From NCBI GenBank assembly GCA_030631665.1, contig DAOVKU010000001.1, forward strand, positions 1 to 49,841: a stretch of DNA of 49,841 nt, written 5' to 3'. Source of the stretch: Candidatus Omnitrophota bacterium (GTDB taxonomy: Bacteria; Omnitrophota; Gorgyraeia; DAOVKU01). This document shows positions 10,066-19,575 of this stretch, one piece after another. The position numbers and the translations under genes were made by a program. How positions within the stretch are numbered: the first letter of the stretch is position 1; every line of letters begins with the position of its first letter. The notes below the pieces were generated by a model, which worked only from the letters and a program-made list of their open reading frames with translations, had not been told where the DNA came from and did not search any database.

Positions 10066-11202
10066 CTATTTCAAAAGTGCATTTAAAGCGGCCCCTACTC
10101 CAGAACCAACCCCAAATTCATAACCAGCTTCCTTCAAGGCAAGCTCTAAGGCACTTATCGAAATAATAACATCAAAATCTCCCATAAATCCCAGAGTAGC
10201 TATTCTAAAAATCTTTCCTTTCAACTGTGCCTGGCCACCGGCAAACCACACGCCCCTATTCTCTTTGATGGACTTAACCAGAGCCGCGCCATCTATCCCC
10301 TCAGGTACCTCTACGGCCGTAACGCTATCTGCGGGTGAGGCAGATAATAACTCCAGACCAAGCGCCTTCATTGCCTGGCGTACAGCATTGGCCAAACGGC
10401 GGTGTCTTTTTATAACCTCTTGGATTCCCTCTTCCCTTATCATATCAAGTGCTTTAGCCAAACCTATCATTAGTGTTACCGCCGGCGTATAAGGCGTATC
10501 GTCTTTCTCGAGTGATTTTAAGGCCTTTTTTATATTAAAATAATATTTAGGTAATGATGAAGTTGCTAGCATTTGCCTGGCCTTTTCACTCACAGAACAA
10601 AAACTTAAGCCGGGCGGAATCATAAGTCCTTTTTGAGAACCTCCCACAACCACATCCACCTTCCACTCATCTGTCATAATCTCACAGGCACCCAGGCTAC
10701 TTATGGCATCAACCACCAAAATAGCCCCGCTCCCAGATACTATCTTTCCTATGGCCTGGATATCATTTAAAGCGCCGGTTGAAGTTTCGCATTGAGTGGT
10801 AAAAACCGCCTTTACATCTTTATTTTTTTCTAATGCATTTTTTATACTGGCAGGATCAACGGCTTTACCCCATTCAACATTTAAATCAATAGACTCGACT
10901 CCGTATGCCTTGCAAATTTCAGACCATCTTTCTCCAAATTTTCCGCCCATTACGCAAATAGCTTTATCTTTGGCTGACAAGAAATTGGCTACTGCTGCTT
11001 CCATGGCACCAGTTCCGCTGGAGGTAAAAATTACAACATCATTTTGTGTTCCTAAAACATATTTTAAACCTTCTTCGCAACTCTTAATAATCTCTCTAAA
11101 TTGCGCAGTCCTGTGGTGAATGATGGGCCTAGCCATCTCCAGCATTATATCTTCAGGTACCGGAGTAGGACCGGGTGTCATTAAATAACGTTTCTTTAAC
11201 AT
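10066..11202 (-). CDS. class-V aminotransferase (serine-pyruvate / phosphoserine aminotransferase type)
   Basis: 378 aa. Has the N-terminal LMTPGPTP motif, GGSQKGL (PLP lysine) and the AGT-family layout. Its position directly upstream of serA suggests a phosphoserine aminotransferase role (inference). Confidence 0.8.
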   Translation of the reverse strand: MLKKRYLMTPGPTPVPEDIMLEMARPIIHHRTAQFREIIKSCEEGLKYVLGTQNDVVIFTSSGTGAMEAAVANFLSAKDKAICVMGGKFGERWSEICKAYGVESIDLNVEWGKAVDPASIKNALEKNKDVKAVFTTQCETSTGALNDIQAIGKIVSGSGAILVVDAISSLGACEIMTDEWKVDVVVGGSQKGLMIPPGLSFCSVSEKARQMLATSSLPKYYFNIKKALKSLEKDDTPYTPAVTLMIGLAKALDMIREEGIQEVIKRHRRLANAVRQAMKALGLELLSASPADSVTAVEVPEGIDGAALVKSIKENRGVWFAGGQAQLKGKIFRIATLGFMGDFDVIISISALELALKEAGYEFGVGSGVGAALNALLK

Positions 11203-11219
11203 TTATTTTTCCTCCTTCG

Positions 11220-11268
11220 ATGACCCCGAAGCGTTGGGGGAATTGAATCCCGCTCTTTTGGCAAAAAA
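11220..11268 (+). repeat. mosaic module family 5, copy 2
   Basis: Sequence is atgaccccgaagcgttgggggaattgaatcccgctcttttggcaaaaaa. It abuts the SD of the aminotransferase gene. Its GAATTRAAYCC-plus-CCGCYCTTTTGG parts recur at 8221-8249, 11334-11362 (inverted), 16011-16032 and 43171-43195. Confidence 0.75.
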
Positions 11269-11446
11269 CGAGGTTAATTAATCTCTACAAGTGCCATAAC
11301 ATATAAAGCTGTGTATAGATCTATCATTACTCCCTACCCAAAAGGGCGGGGTCAAATTTCCCGAATGAGGTGTTTCTTCGAAGAATCTCTTCGGGATCCC
11401 GAAGTAATACTATTGCGGGCTACTACATTCGGGACAACCAATAAAC

Positions 11447-11534
11447 TTACCTTTCCCCTGAAATCTGAAAGATTTCGGGGACTTAATCCCTGAAATTCTT
11501 CGAATTTCTAGGGGCACTTCGTTCTGTAAGTCTA
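11447..11534 (+). repeat. ~88-nt multi-hairpin repeat family 3, copy X
   Basis: Sequence is cttacctttcccctgaaatctgaaagatttcggggacttaatccctgaaattcttcgaatttctaggggcacttcgttctgtaagtc. It lies just 3' of lon. Confidence 0.8.
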
Positions 11535-11546
11535 GGTTTCATTTGA

Positions 11547-13988
11547 CTATGGATTAACCGGCGCCTGCGAAATTCTCGAGGGCGGTTTGATAAATCGTCT
11601 GTTAATATTTTTCTTTTTTTCTTTGTCTCCAGGTGAAACTTTTTTCTTACTTCTTTTATTTAAAAGAGCTATATCTATTACCTCATCCATATTCTCAACT
11701 AAAATAATATCTAAATCTTTTTTTATGGCAGCCGGTATTTCTTCAAGGTCTTTGTCGTTTTCTTTTGGTATCAATATTTTCTTAATGCCAGCTCTATGAG
11801 CCGCCAGTATTTTTGACTTAAGACCACCCACCGCCAGAATGCGGCCCCTGAGAGTAATTTCACCCGTCATGGCCACATCGCGCCTGGCAGGTTTCCTGGT
11901 CAAGCTGGAAATAATGGCTGTGGCCATGGTTATACCTGCCGAAGGCCCATCTTTCGGGATAGCTCCTTCGGGTATATGCACATGAATATCTATTTTGCGA
12001 TAAAAATCTTTTTCTAATTTTAGACTCTTAGTCCTTGAACGTATATAGCTTAAGGCGGCCTGGGCCGATTCACGCATAACGTCACCCAATTTTCCTGTTA
12101 GCATCAATTTTTCTTTACCTCTAAGTATAGAGGTTTCTACGCTCATTACATCTCCGCCAACTTCCGTCCAGGCCAAACCGTTAACTACCCCAACTTCATC
12201 TTGTTTTTCAGTTCTATCATCAATAAAATGGGGGGGGCCAAGAAATTTATGGAGATTATTAGCATTAACTTTCACTTCGAGGTTTTTATTTCCTTCAACT
12301 GTCTCTCTGGCAACCTTACGACAAATAGTAGCCAGTTCCCGCTCAAGATTGCGCACCCCAGCTTCCCGCGTATAAAGCCTGACAATTTTAAGGATGGCTT
12401 CTTCGCTAATCTGCAAGCTATGTGCCTTCAACCCACAGGCTTCTATCTGTTTCGGCAATAAAAATATGGTTGCTATTTTTAACTTTTCATATTCTGTGTA
12501 GCCGGGCAGTTTAATAATTTCCATTCTATCCTGCAAAGGCCAAGGAATATTATCCTGAATATTGCTGGTAGTAATAAATATCACATCTCTCAGGTCAAAT
12601 GGAATTTCAAGATAATGATCGCTGAAGGAATGATTTTGCTCAGGATCCAGCACCTCCAGCAATGCAGAAGTCGGGTCTCCCCTGAAATCTACCGACATTT
12701 TATCCACTTCATCCAACAAGAAAACCGGGTTCTTGGTTCCGGCTTTTTTGATAGATTGAATAATCCTGCCTGGTAGAGCACCGACATATGTTCGCCTGTG
12801 CCCTCGGATTTCAGCTTCATCTCTTATTCCGCCCAGGGAAATCCGGACAAATTTCCTACCCAGCGCACGCGCAATCGATTTACCCAATGAAGTTTTGCCT
12901 ACCCCGGGAGGTCCAACAAAACAAAGAACCTGAGACCTGGGATTTCTAGAAAGTTTCCTAACTGCCAGGTATTCCAGTATCCTTTCTTTTGGCTTCTCAA
13001 GGCCATGATGGTCTTCTTCTAAAATCTTATGGGCCTTTTTAATATCAAGCATATCTTTTGTTTTTGTTTTCCAGGGCAAGCTCAAAAGCCAGTCGATATA
13101 ATTGCGGCAAACAGTTGCTTCAGGGGTGATAGGCATCATGCGGGATAATTTTTTTAACTCTCGCTGCGCAGTTTCTTTGGCTTCTTTGGTCATCTTTGCT
13201 TTTTCTATTCTATTCCCAATTTCTTCAAGCTCTTTAAAACTGCTATCTTTCTTCCCCAGTTCTTTCTCAATGGCCTTTAATTGCTCGTGTAGGTAAAAAT
13301 CTTTTTGCGCACTCTCCATTTTCTTTTTAACATCACCCATAATTCTCTTTTCAACTTGAATGATTTCATTCTCGCTATTTAAAATAGTGGTCAGAAAACG
13401 CAGTCTTTCTTCTATTCCCTCTATTTCGAGAAGGTTTTGTTTGTCGGTTATCTTTATGGTAAGATGCGAAGCCACTACATTAGCAAACTGCTCGGGGTTT
13501 TCTATGTTCATAGTAGTAACAGCTGCCTCGGAAGGTATTTTTCTGTTTAGCTTAACATAATTTTCAAATAACGACTGAACCGAACGCATAAGCGCCTGCG
13601 TGTTTACAGATTTCTTAAACTTATCTCTTAATGGCTTTAATCTAATCTCAAAATAATCTTTATGGGAAGAAAATTTTCTAATTCTTGCTCTTTGTTTACC
13701 TTCAATTAAAATTTTAATCGAACCGTCTGGCAGCTTCATTACCTGTAATACTTCAGCTACGGTACCGACCCAGTACATATCTTCTGGCTTGGGATCATTC
13801 ACCTTTAAATTTTTCTGCGTTGAGAGAAAAATAAAACGTTGAAAGGAAGCCATAGCAGCCTCTACCGCTTTTATAGACCTGCTTCTGCCTACCAAAAGCG
13901 GCACTACCATATTAGGAAAAATAACTATGTCCCTTAATGGAAGTAGGGGTAAATTATGTCTCGGGTTTAAATTTTTTAATTTTAACAT
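11547..13988 (-). CDS. lon: ATP-dependent Lon protease
   Basis: 813 aa. Has the LON N-domain, Walker [10 protein letters not shown] and the catalytic PKDGPSAG serine motif. It carries a K-rich C-terminal tail. Confidence 0.95.
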   Translation of the reverse strand: MLKLKNLNPRHNLPLLPLRDIVIFPNMVVPLLVGRSRSIKAVEAAMASFQRFIFLSTQKNLKVNDPKPEDMYWVGTVAEVLQVMKLPDGSIKILIEGKQRARIRKFSSHKDYFEIRLKPLRDKFKKSVNTQALMRSVQSLFENYVKLNRKIPSEAAVTTMNIENPEQFANVVASHLTIKITDKQNLLEIEGIEERLRFLTTILNSENEIIQVEKRIMGDVKKKMESAQKDFYLHEQLKAIEKELGKKDSSFKELEEIGNRIEKAKMTKEAKETAQRELKKLSRMMPITPEATVCRNYIDWLLSLPWKTKTKDMLDIKKAHKILEEDHHGLEKPKERILEYLAVRKLSRNPRSQVLCFVGPPGVGKTSLGKSIARALGRKFVRISLGGIRDEAEIRGHRRTYVGALPGRIIQSIKKAGTKNPVFLLDEVDKMSVDFRGDPTSALLEVLDPEQNHSFSDHYLEIPFDLRDVIFITTSNIQDNIPWPLQDRMEIIKLPGYTEYEKLKIATIFLLPKQIEACGLKAHSLQISEEAILKIVRLYTREAGVRNLERELATICRKVARETVEGNKNLEVKVNANNLHKFLGPPHFIDDRTEKQDEVGVVNGLAWTEVGGDVMSVETSILRGKEKLMLTGKLGDVMRESAQAALSYIRSRTKSLKLEKDFYRKIDIHVHIPEGAIPKDGPSAGITMATAIISSLTRKPARRDVAMTGEITLRGRILAVGGLKSKILAAHRAGIKKILIPKENDKDLEEIPAAIKKDLDIILVENMDEVIDIALLNKRSKKKVSPGDKEKKKNINRRFIKPPSRISQAPVNP

Positions 13989-14014
13989 TCTTATTTAAGT
14001 TCCTTCTTGTGTAG

Positions 14015-14623
14015 TTATTCTATTGGGGTTTTGGTTTTTATAACTTCGTCAACTATGCCATATTCCTTGCTTTCTTTGGCTGACATAAAGAAATCTCTAT
14101 CGGTATCCTTCTGGATTTTTGCAAGCGGCTGGTTGGTATGTTTTGCCAGAATTTTATTAATCCTTTCTCTTAAGCGTAATATCTCTTTGGCCTGTATGCT
14201 AATATCAGTTGCCGCGCCCTGCACTCCTCCCCACGGCTGATGAATCATTACCCTGGCATGAGGTAAAGCAAAACGCTTTCCCTTTGTTCCGGCAGCCAGA
14301 AGAAGAGCGCCCATGCTGGTAGCCTGCCCAACACAATAAGTAGCCACGTCCGGTTTAACAAACTGCATGGTATCATAAACAGCTAGTCCGGCCGTAACGG
14401 ATCCGCCGGGTGAATTTACGTATATACTAATATCCTTTTCCGGTTCTTCCATTTGCAAAAAGAGCATTTGAGCTACAATCAGATTAGCGACATTATCATC
14501 TATAGCCGTGCCGATAAAAATTATTCTATCCTTCAGAAGTCGCGAGAATATATCATAAGCGCGTTCCCCGCGTTGACTTTGTTCAACGACCATCGGAACA
14601 AGAGTTTGAAATTTGGATTCCAT
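14015..14623 (-). CDS. clpP: ATP-dependent Clp protease proteolytic subunit
   Basis: The ClpP signature is GQATSMGA (Ser), then MIHQP (His). The ORF track starts at 14659. The ATG at 14623 (MESKF...) is preceded by GGAGG with 8-nt spacing, so I prefer it. Confidence 0.9.
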   Translation of the reverse strand: MESKFQTLVPMVVEQSQRGERAYDIFSRLLKDRIIFIGTAIDDNVANLIVAQMLFLQMEEPEKDISIYVNSPGGSVTAGLAVYDTMQFVKPDVATYCVGQATSMGALLLAAGTKGKRFALPHARVMIHQPWGGVQGAATDISIQAKEILRLRERINKILAKHTNQPLAKIQKDTDRDFFMSAKESKEYGIVDEVIKTKTPIE

Positions 14624-14684
14624 TTTATTAGCCTCCTCTAATGAGAACCCAACTTGCAAGTTTGTTCATACGCAAGTTGTGCCT

Positions 14685-15959
14685 TTATTTAACATCTGCC
14701 TTTTTTAAGAGAAAATCCATGGTCTTTTCGTCCTTCATCTGACTTTTTAGCTGCAATATGATATTTTTTTCTGCAAATTTCTTTTTCAAATCCGAAGGTT
14801 TTTGTTTGGCCTGGGCAGCCATAATATTTATTCTTTCATCAACTTCTTTATCACTAACAACAATATTTTGTTCTTCGGCTATTTTATCTAGGATAAAAAA
14901 TATTTTAAGCTGCCTTTCGGCTTCCCGTTTTAGCCTTTTGGTTAAAGTTTCATCATCAACCTTACTTATCTTTTGTCCTTCAGCTGCCGCTGCCTTAAAT
15001 CTATTTTTGGCATCCTGGATAAGGCTATCAGTTTGTTGTTTGAGAATATTTTCGGGCACTTGCACGCTGGCCTTTTTTAATAACTGCTCGATTATCTGCC
15101 TCTCCATATCCCCATTGGCCTGATATTCCTTTTGTCTTTTTAAGTCTTGATTAACAGCTTCTCTCATTTTATCTATAGAATCAAAACCCAGGTCTTTGGT
15201 AAATTCGTCATCAAGGAGCGGTAAGGTTCTTTTCTTAATCTCTTTTATCTTAACTGAAAAACTAGCTGGTTTGCCTGCTAATTGGTTGTTGCCGAACTTT
15301 GCCGGAAGATTAATTTTTACTTGTCTCTCTTCGCCTACATTTGCACCCAGCAACTGATCAATAAATTCCTTCGGGAAGGCAGTGTCTTTAGTTGAAAGCA
15401 AAACATTCTCTTTTTTTTCTATCAGCTTGGAATCTACATAAGAGGTGTAATCAACTACTAAAAAATCGCCTTCTTTGGCAGGCCTAATTTCCAAAATTGG
15501 TGAAAACTCTGCCTTTGTCTGCCTTAAATATTCTATGGCTTTATCAATTTCTTCTTTTTTGACTTCGATAGTTTTTTTATTTACACATAATCCTTTGTAG
15601 CTTTCAATTTTGACCTGGGGTTTAACCCCAAACTCTGCCGTAAAAATAAGTTCATCTCCATCGGCAAATTTTTTAACACTCAATTGGGGGTGTTCAACCG
15701 GATTAATCTGCTTCTCCCTTAAAGCGTTAATATAATATTCTGAGACCAGGCTCTTAAGAACTTCATCATAAATTTTATTTTCAAACTTTTGCTTAAGTAA
15801 ATCTGCAGGTGCCTTTCCTTTTCTAAAACCGGGTACTTCCGCCTCTTTCCTCACCACTTCATAATGCTGCTTAAAGGCATTGCTTACCACATCTTTAGAA
15901 ACAGTAATTTTGAGTAATATTTTAGAATCTTCTGTTTTTTCTACATTAACATTATACAT
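14685..15959 (-). CDS. tig: trigger factor
   Basis: 424 aa. Has the ribosome-binding GFRKGKAP motif, a central FKBP-like domain and a C-terminal helical domain. Confidence 0.92.
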   Translation of the reverse strand: MYNVNVEKTEDSKILLKITVSKDVVSNAFKQHYEVVRKEAEVPGFRKGKAPADLLKQKFENKIYDEVLKSLVSEYYINALREKQINPVEHPQLSVKKFADGDELIFTAEFGVKPQVKIESYKGLCVNKKTIEVKKEEIDKAIEYLRQTKAEFSPILEIRPAKEGDFLVVDYTSYVDSKLIEKKENVLLSTKDTAFPKEFIDQLLGANVGEERQVKINLPAKFGNNQLAGKPASFSVKIKEIKKRTLPLLDDEFTKDLGFDSIDKMREAVNQDLKRQKEYQANGDMERQIIEQLLKKASVQVPENILKQQTDSLIQDAKNRFKAAAAEGQKISKVDDETLTKRLKREAERQLKIFFILDKIAEEQNIVVSDKEVDERINIMAAQAKQKPSDLKKKFAEKNIILQLKSQMKDEKTMDFLLKKADVK

Positions 15960-16044
15960 TTAACGAAACTCCAATTTATGCGACCGCCAGGAAGCATATA
16001 TTATATGGTTGAATTTAATCCGCCTAAGGCAGACTTATTTAAAA

Positions 16045-16119
<75 letters not shown>

Positions 16120-16269
16120 AATAATTTTAGAATTCAGTAACCATGATTTAGAATTTAGGTAAATTTCAAAATGCTATTTTTTTACTACATTTCCAAATTT
16201 CTAAAATCTTTTACTCTTTTCTCCCTGAACTCTAATTACTTAATCATAAATTCTGTATTTCTATGCTTC

Positions 16270-16354
16270 TGGTGCGGACGGAGAGAGTCGAACTCTCAAC
16301 CCATAAGGGATACGGTCCTAAGCCGTACGCGTATGCCGGTTCCGCCACGTCCGC
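16270..16354 (-). tRNA. tRNA-Leu (UAG), class II with long variable arm, CCA encoded
   Basis: The reverse complement has acceptor GCGGACG/CGTCCGC and anticodon stem TACGG/CCGTA with loop CTTAGGA. The variable arm is TCCCTTATGGGTT and the T-arm is GAGAG-TTCGACT-CTCTC. Confidence 0.88.
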
Positions 16355-16389
16355 GAAATTTCTTCCGCCTCTGGCGGAAATTTTCCTTA

Positions 16390-16465
16390 TGGTACCCCCA
16401 CAAGGAATCGAACCTTGAACCTTGCGCTTAAGAGGCGCCTGCTCTGCCGGTTGAGCTATGGGGGC
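16390..16465 (-). tRNA. tRNA-Lys (CUU), CCA encoded
   Basis: The reverse complement has acceptor GCCCCCA/TGGGGGT and D-arm GCTC-AACCGGCA-GAGC. The anticodon loop is CTCTTAA and the T-arm is CAAGG-TTCGATT-CCTTG. Confidence 0.88.
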
Positions 16466-16499
16466 ACTTGCCACAATTTTCTGTCGCTTTTTCGTGGAC

Positions 16500-16528
16500 A
16501 TATTAGCATAAAGTTCTTGCCGTGTCAA
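16500..16528 (-). promoter_or_regulatory. sigma70-like promoter of the tRNA-Lys/Leu/Gly cluster
   Basis: Minus strand reads TTGACA (complement of 16523-16528), a 17-nt spacer, then TAATAT (complement of 16500-16505). It lies about 30 nt upstream of tRNA-Lys and has the same architecture as the promoter at 2128-2156. Confidence 0.6.
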
Positions 16529-16537
16529 TAGTTACAA

Positions 16538-16640
16538 CTTCAGACTTCAGGCAACAGAAGTCAGAAAACAGACGACAGACAATAAATAGAAAAAGATACT
16601 TATTCTGTATTCTGTATTCTGTTATCTGTCCTCTGACTTA
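16538..16640 (-). repeat. CAGA/TCTG-unit palindromic repeat family 2, copy 4 (long)
   Basis: Left arm is cagaagtcagaaaacagacgacagac, the loop is A-rich, and the right arm is tctgtattctgtattctgttatctgtcctctgac. It lies between the trxA stop and the tRNA promoter. Confidence 0.7.
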
Positions 16641-16955
16641 AATATGGGGTTCAAACTTAGAAATAATCTCAGCTTTGGAAACCGCTCCTATAATTTTATC
16701 TACTAGTTTACCCTCTTTAAAAATAGCTACAGTGGGTATGCTCATAATGCCATATTCAGATGAAGTTTGGGGGCCTTCATCTACGTTCAGCTTGCAAATC
16801 TTAAGTTTTCCCTGATATTCCTTAGCTATCTCCTGAAGTGCCGGCATAATTAGCTGACATGGCATGCACCATTCGGCCCAGAAATCTACCAAAACAGGTA
16901 TGCTGCTTTCTAATACTTCTTGCTCAAAATTTTCATCAGTTACTTTTGTTTCCAT
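16638..16955 (-). CDS. trxA: thioredoxin (variant active site WCMPC)
   Basis: 105 aa with a thioredoxin fold. The motif FWAEWCMPCQ replaces the canonical WCGPCK. SD AAGGAG lies upstream. Confidence 0.9.
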   Translation of the reverse strand: METKVTDENFEQEVLESSIPVLVDFWAEWCMPCQLIMPALQEIAKEYQGKLKICKLNVDEGPQTSSEYGIMSIPTVAIFKEGKLVDKIIGAVSKAEIISKFEPHI

Positions 16956-16985
16956 ATCAAATCTCCTTAAAATTTAAGCTTCCAT

Positions 16986-17996
16986 TTACTTATACGCTAT
17001 TCCTTTTAAATCCTCAATATACTGCGTGGCGGAAAAAGCAGCTGTTGCCCCATCTCCGCAGGCAGTTACAACCTGAAACAATAACTTTTTACGGCAGTCT
17101 CCGCAGGCAAAAATACCTTTTGCCTGCGTCCCCATATCTAGGCCGGTGACAATGTAACCTTTTTCATCTAAAGCTACAAGGCCCTCTAAAAAATCTGTAT
17201 TTGGTAACAATCCTGCGAAAATAAAAACTCCATCACAGGAAATAATTGCTTCTTTTTCTGTTTTGACATTCTTTAATTTGGCTGCCTTCACCTTATCCTC
17301 TCCTGCAATCTCAATAACTTGTGAATTAAAGACTAACTCTATTTTTTTATTGGCCGATATTCTTTCCTGTAAAATTTTTGTTGCCCGCAACCTATCCCGG
17401 CGGTGTATAAGTGTGATTTTTTTAACAAATTTGGTTAAAAACAAAGCTTCTTTTGCCGCCGTATCCCCGCCACCTACCACTATTACATCTTTGTCCCTAA
17501 AAAATGCTCCGTCACAGATAGCACAATAAGAAACTCCCCTTCCGATGAGTTTATCCTCACCAGCTATGCCTAGTTTTCTGGGCCTTGCCCCGCTGGCAAT
17601 AATCACAGAAAGGCAATTATACTTTTTTATTCCTCCCTCAAGGCCGTCTTTAATATTTAGTTGCCACATATTTTGTTGCCCTTTTTTGCCTACCCGAACG
17701 CTTTCCACGTCTCCAAATATAAATTCAGTTCCAAATATCGCACTTTGTTTTTTAAACCTTGCAACTAATTCAAAACCGTTGATTCCATCAGGAAATCCCG
17801 GATAGTTTTCTATTTTTTCTGTTATCGCAACTTGACTGGGCAAAAATTCACTTTGCACCAATAGGGTTTTTAATCTTGCCCTTGAGGTATAAATGGAAGC
17901 TGTGAGTCCTGCCGGGCCGCCGCCGATTACAATTACATCGTATAAAGCTTGAGAAGAACATTTCCTATTCATAATAAATATATTTTTAATAAGCAC
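16986..17996 (-). CDS. trxB: thioredoxin-disulfide reductase
   Basis: Has FAD motif GGGPAG, redox-active CAICDG and NADPH motif GGGDTA. The start is uncertain: GTG at 17996 or ATG at 17972 (MNRKCSS...). Confidence 0.9.
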   Translation of the reverse strand: MLIKNIFIMNRKCSSQALYDVIVIGGGPAGLTASIYTSRARLKTLLVQSEFLPSQVAITEKIENYPGFPDGINGFELVARFKKQSAIFGTEFIFGDVESVRVGKKGQQNMWQLNIKDGLEGGIKKYNCLSVIIASGARPRKLGIAGEDKLIGRGVSYCAICDGAFFRDKDVIVVGGGDTAAKEALFLTKFVKKITLIHRRDRLRATKILQERISANKKIELVFNSQVIEIAGEDKVKAAKLKNVKTEKEAIISCDGVFIFAGLLPNTDFLEGLVALDEKGYIVTGLDMGTQAKGIFACGDCRKKLLFQVVTACGDGATAAFSATQYIEDLKGIAYK

Positions 17997-18057
17997 CTAT
18001 ATCCCTTGTTTAAGTAATCGGGAATTCTTTACGATAATTTTCGATTAAACTTTGCAT

Positions 18058-18131
18058 AATCGGGGGACACAATACCTATTTTTTTCTCTTTGGGTGGCCC
18101 CCGCTTTCTTCTTTTTAAGATTTATCTTATT
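18058..18131 (+). repeat. GGGGACACAATAC repeat family 4, segment S1
   Basis: Sequence is aatcgggggacacaatacctatttttttctctttgggtggcccccgctttcttctttttaagatttatcttatt. It is about 75-80% identical to S2 by eye and overlaps the last 3 codons and stop of the 63-aa ORF. Confidence 0.75.
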
Positions 18132-18313
18132 TTCTTCAATATAAAAATAATCAGTTTTCCCAGAAGCCAAATCGCAAGCAAAACTAAAATGGCTACGAAT
18201 ATAACCCGCAGGAACCATACCATGGCAAAGAGAAGCGGAAAAAGCAAAAGGCCTATCCCTGCAAAAATAAACACCACAACCAAAAATATAAACCCAATCA
18301 AAAATGCCTTCAT
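18122..18313 (-). CDS. small two-TM membrane protein, unknown function
   Basis: 63 aa, almost entirely hydrophobic, with two predicted helices and a basic C-terminus (LKKIR). Good SD: AGGAGAAAAGG before the ATG. The antisense ORF 18090-18335 is rejected. Confidence 0.55.
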   Translation of the reverse strand: MKAFLIGFIFLVVVFIFAGIGLLLFPLLFAMVWFLRVIFVAILVLLAIWLLGKLIIFILKKIR

Positions 18314-18430
18314 CCTTTTCTCCTATTCTATATAATTATTTCAATAAATATTAACTCATAAAACAATATCATTATTAATTCACAGGGATATTATTATAAT
18401 CTTCTTTTCCATTAAAGTAAACCCCCGTTT

Positions 18431-18476
18431 ACCCAAAGGAATAGATCCTCCTAGTTCCTCTGAGGGGGGGGTCTTA
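18431..18476 (+). repeat. hairpin repeat family 1, copy A (diverged)
   Basis: Sequence is acccaaaggaatagatcctcctagttcctctgagggggggtcttag. It aligns to the consensus TWATCCAC-RGGGATAGACCTTCCTAATTCC-N-GGGTCTWA. Confidence 0.6.
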
Positions 18477-18668
18477 GAAAAAATCCTGCCTCCGCGCACT
18501 TAAGACCTGCGCACCTCTCATGCAGTGGCCGGGCATCTTTCCAGAAAAGATAAAATATTTCTATGACCTTGATTGATTTTTTATTTTTTAAGAATTATGG
18601 TATAATTTACCACCTTGCGGGTACTTTATCAAAGGAATTTTTTTGCTTTGAAACTTATCTGACTTTCC

Positions 18669-19322
18669 CTATTGATTAATAGCGTTTTTCAACTGAACCA
18701 TCTCTGTTTGCTCCATTAATTTACGGTAAACAAAAGCATAAGCCACACCTGTTGTGGGGATAGTGGCAAACAAACCGATAAATAAACAGAATATTCCAAG
18801 TAAATTTATAATTCCAAGTATTAGGCTAAAACCAAGCAATTCCCATTTTGCGCCCTGTGTAATTGAAGCACTTGCCTTCAAGGCCTCTACGGGCCCCATT
18901 CCCTTATCAATTATAAAATAAGGGTAAAACTGAAATTTTATATTCCATATTATGCCCGGAACAATAAATAAAATAAACCCTCCTAAAACAATCAGCATAT
19001 AAAGAATTGAACTAAACAGGTATTTAAAAAACAGGCGATGACAGGAAAAAAGTTCGACAAACCCGGGCTTTTTATTATCGCAAAACCCCAGAACAATCTT
19101 GATAAAGCCCATGCCTATTATTAATTGTAAAATCCCAAAAACAACATAAATAATAACGGCCGCTAGCGGCATTTTTTTCTCTACCATATCACTGATAATA
19201 TCCGGCAAAAAATTAGCTAAAATTATGGTTATCAAAATGCCGATAAAAAGACCGAGATTATCCTTCATGGTCTTCCAGCCAAAAAGTATGGCTTGTCCAT
19301 CCGAAAAAGTTTTTATTGCCAT
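18669..19322 (-). CDS. integral membrane protein, unknown function (DUF975-like topology, unverified)
   Basis: 217 aa with 4-5 predicted TM helices. SD AAGGAG lies 8 nt upstream. I recognise no catalytic motif. Confidence 0.6.
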   Translation of the reverse strand: MAIKTFSDGQAILFGWKTMKDNLGLFIGILITIILANFLPDIISDMVEKKMPLAAVIIYVVFGILQLIIGMGFIKIVLGFCDNKKPGFVELFSCHRLFFKYLFSSILYMLIVLGGFILFIVPGIIWNIKFQFYPYFIIDKGMGPVEALKASASITQGAKWELLGFSLILGIINLLGIFCLFIGLFATIPTTGVAYAFVYRKLMEQTEMVQLKNAINQ

Positions 19323-19369
19323 ATTATTACTCCTTATTTTTTTGCAATTTATTTGCTTTTAAACTTTCG

Positions 19370-19398
19370 ATAATATAAGTCTAATCACCTGATATCAA
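19370..19398 (-). promoter_or_regulatory. sigma70-like promoter for the 217-aa membrane protein gene
   Basis: Minus strand reads TTGATA (complement of 19393-19398), a 17-nt spacer, then TATTAT (complement of 19370-19375). The -35 box abuts the GGGGACACAATAC inverted repeat. Confidence 0.45.
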
Positions 19399-19575
19399 TA
19401 GGGGGACACAATACCTATTTCTTTTTCTTCCTGCGCCCGGTTCTCTTCTTCTTAAGATTTATCTTATTAAATTAGTATTGTGTCCCCTGATTTTGTCCCT
19501 GATTTAATTTGATTTAATTAGTATTGTGTCCCCTGATTTACCGATTTACTAATTAGTATTGTGTCCCCTGATTTA
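19397..19575 (+). repeat. GGGGACACAATAC repeat family 4: segment S2 plus three inverted copies (MITE-like array)
   Basis: S2 (19397-19470) is aatagggggacacaatacctatttctttttcttcctgcgcccggttctcttcttcttaagatttatcttatt. It is followed by attagtattgtgtcccctgattt at 19471-19493, 19517-19539 and 19552-19574, plus a partial copy at 19494-19506. Confidence 0.8.

Noticed and set aside
11311-11493. 60-aa plus-strand ORF in the lon-aminotransferase spacer, and the similar 8216-8458 ORF
   Set aside because: Both are composed of the interspersed GC-rich repeat modules. They have no SD and run in the opposite orientation to all neighbours.
16171-16528. ORFs 16171-16431 (+) and 16244-16528 (-)
   Set aside because: Both are made up of the tRNA-Leu and tRNA-Lys genes and their spacer. 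The tRNA cloverleaves explain the sequence.
18481-18560. GC-richer stretch (cctgcctccgcgcacttaagacctgcgcacc...) as a candidate SRP, 6S or other known ncRNA
   Set aside because: I found no conserved motifs of SRP RNA, 6S RNA, tmRNA or RNase P. There is only a 5-bp hairpin, and weak similarity to the flank of repeat copy B suggests it is an extension of that repeat.
18570-18608. Plus-strand extended -10 promoter-like sequence (TGGTATAAT) in the 355-nt gap
   Set aside because: There is no plus-strand ORF or obvious structured RNA downstream, and it would read antisense into the 217-aa gene. AT-rich DNA gives such matches by chance. I note it only as a possible antisense promoter.
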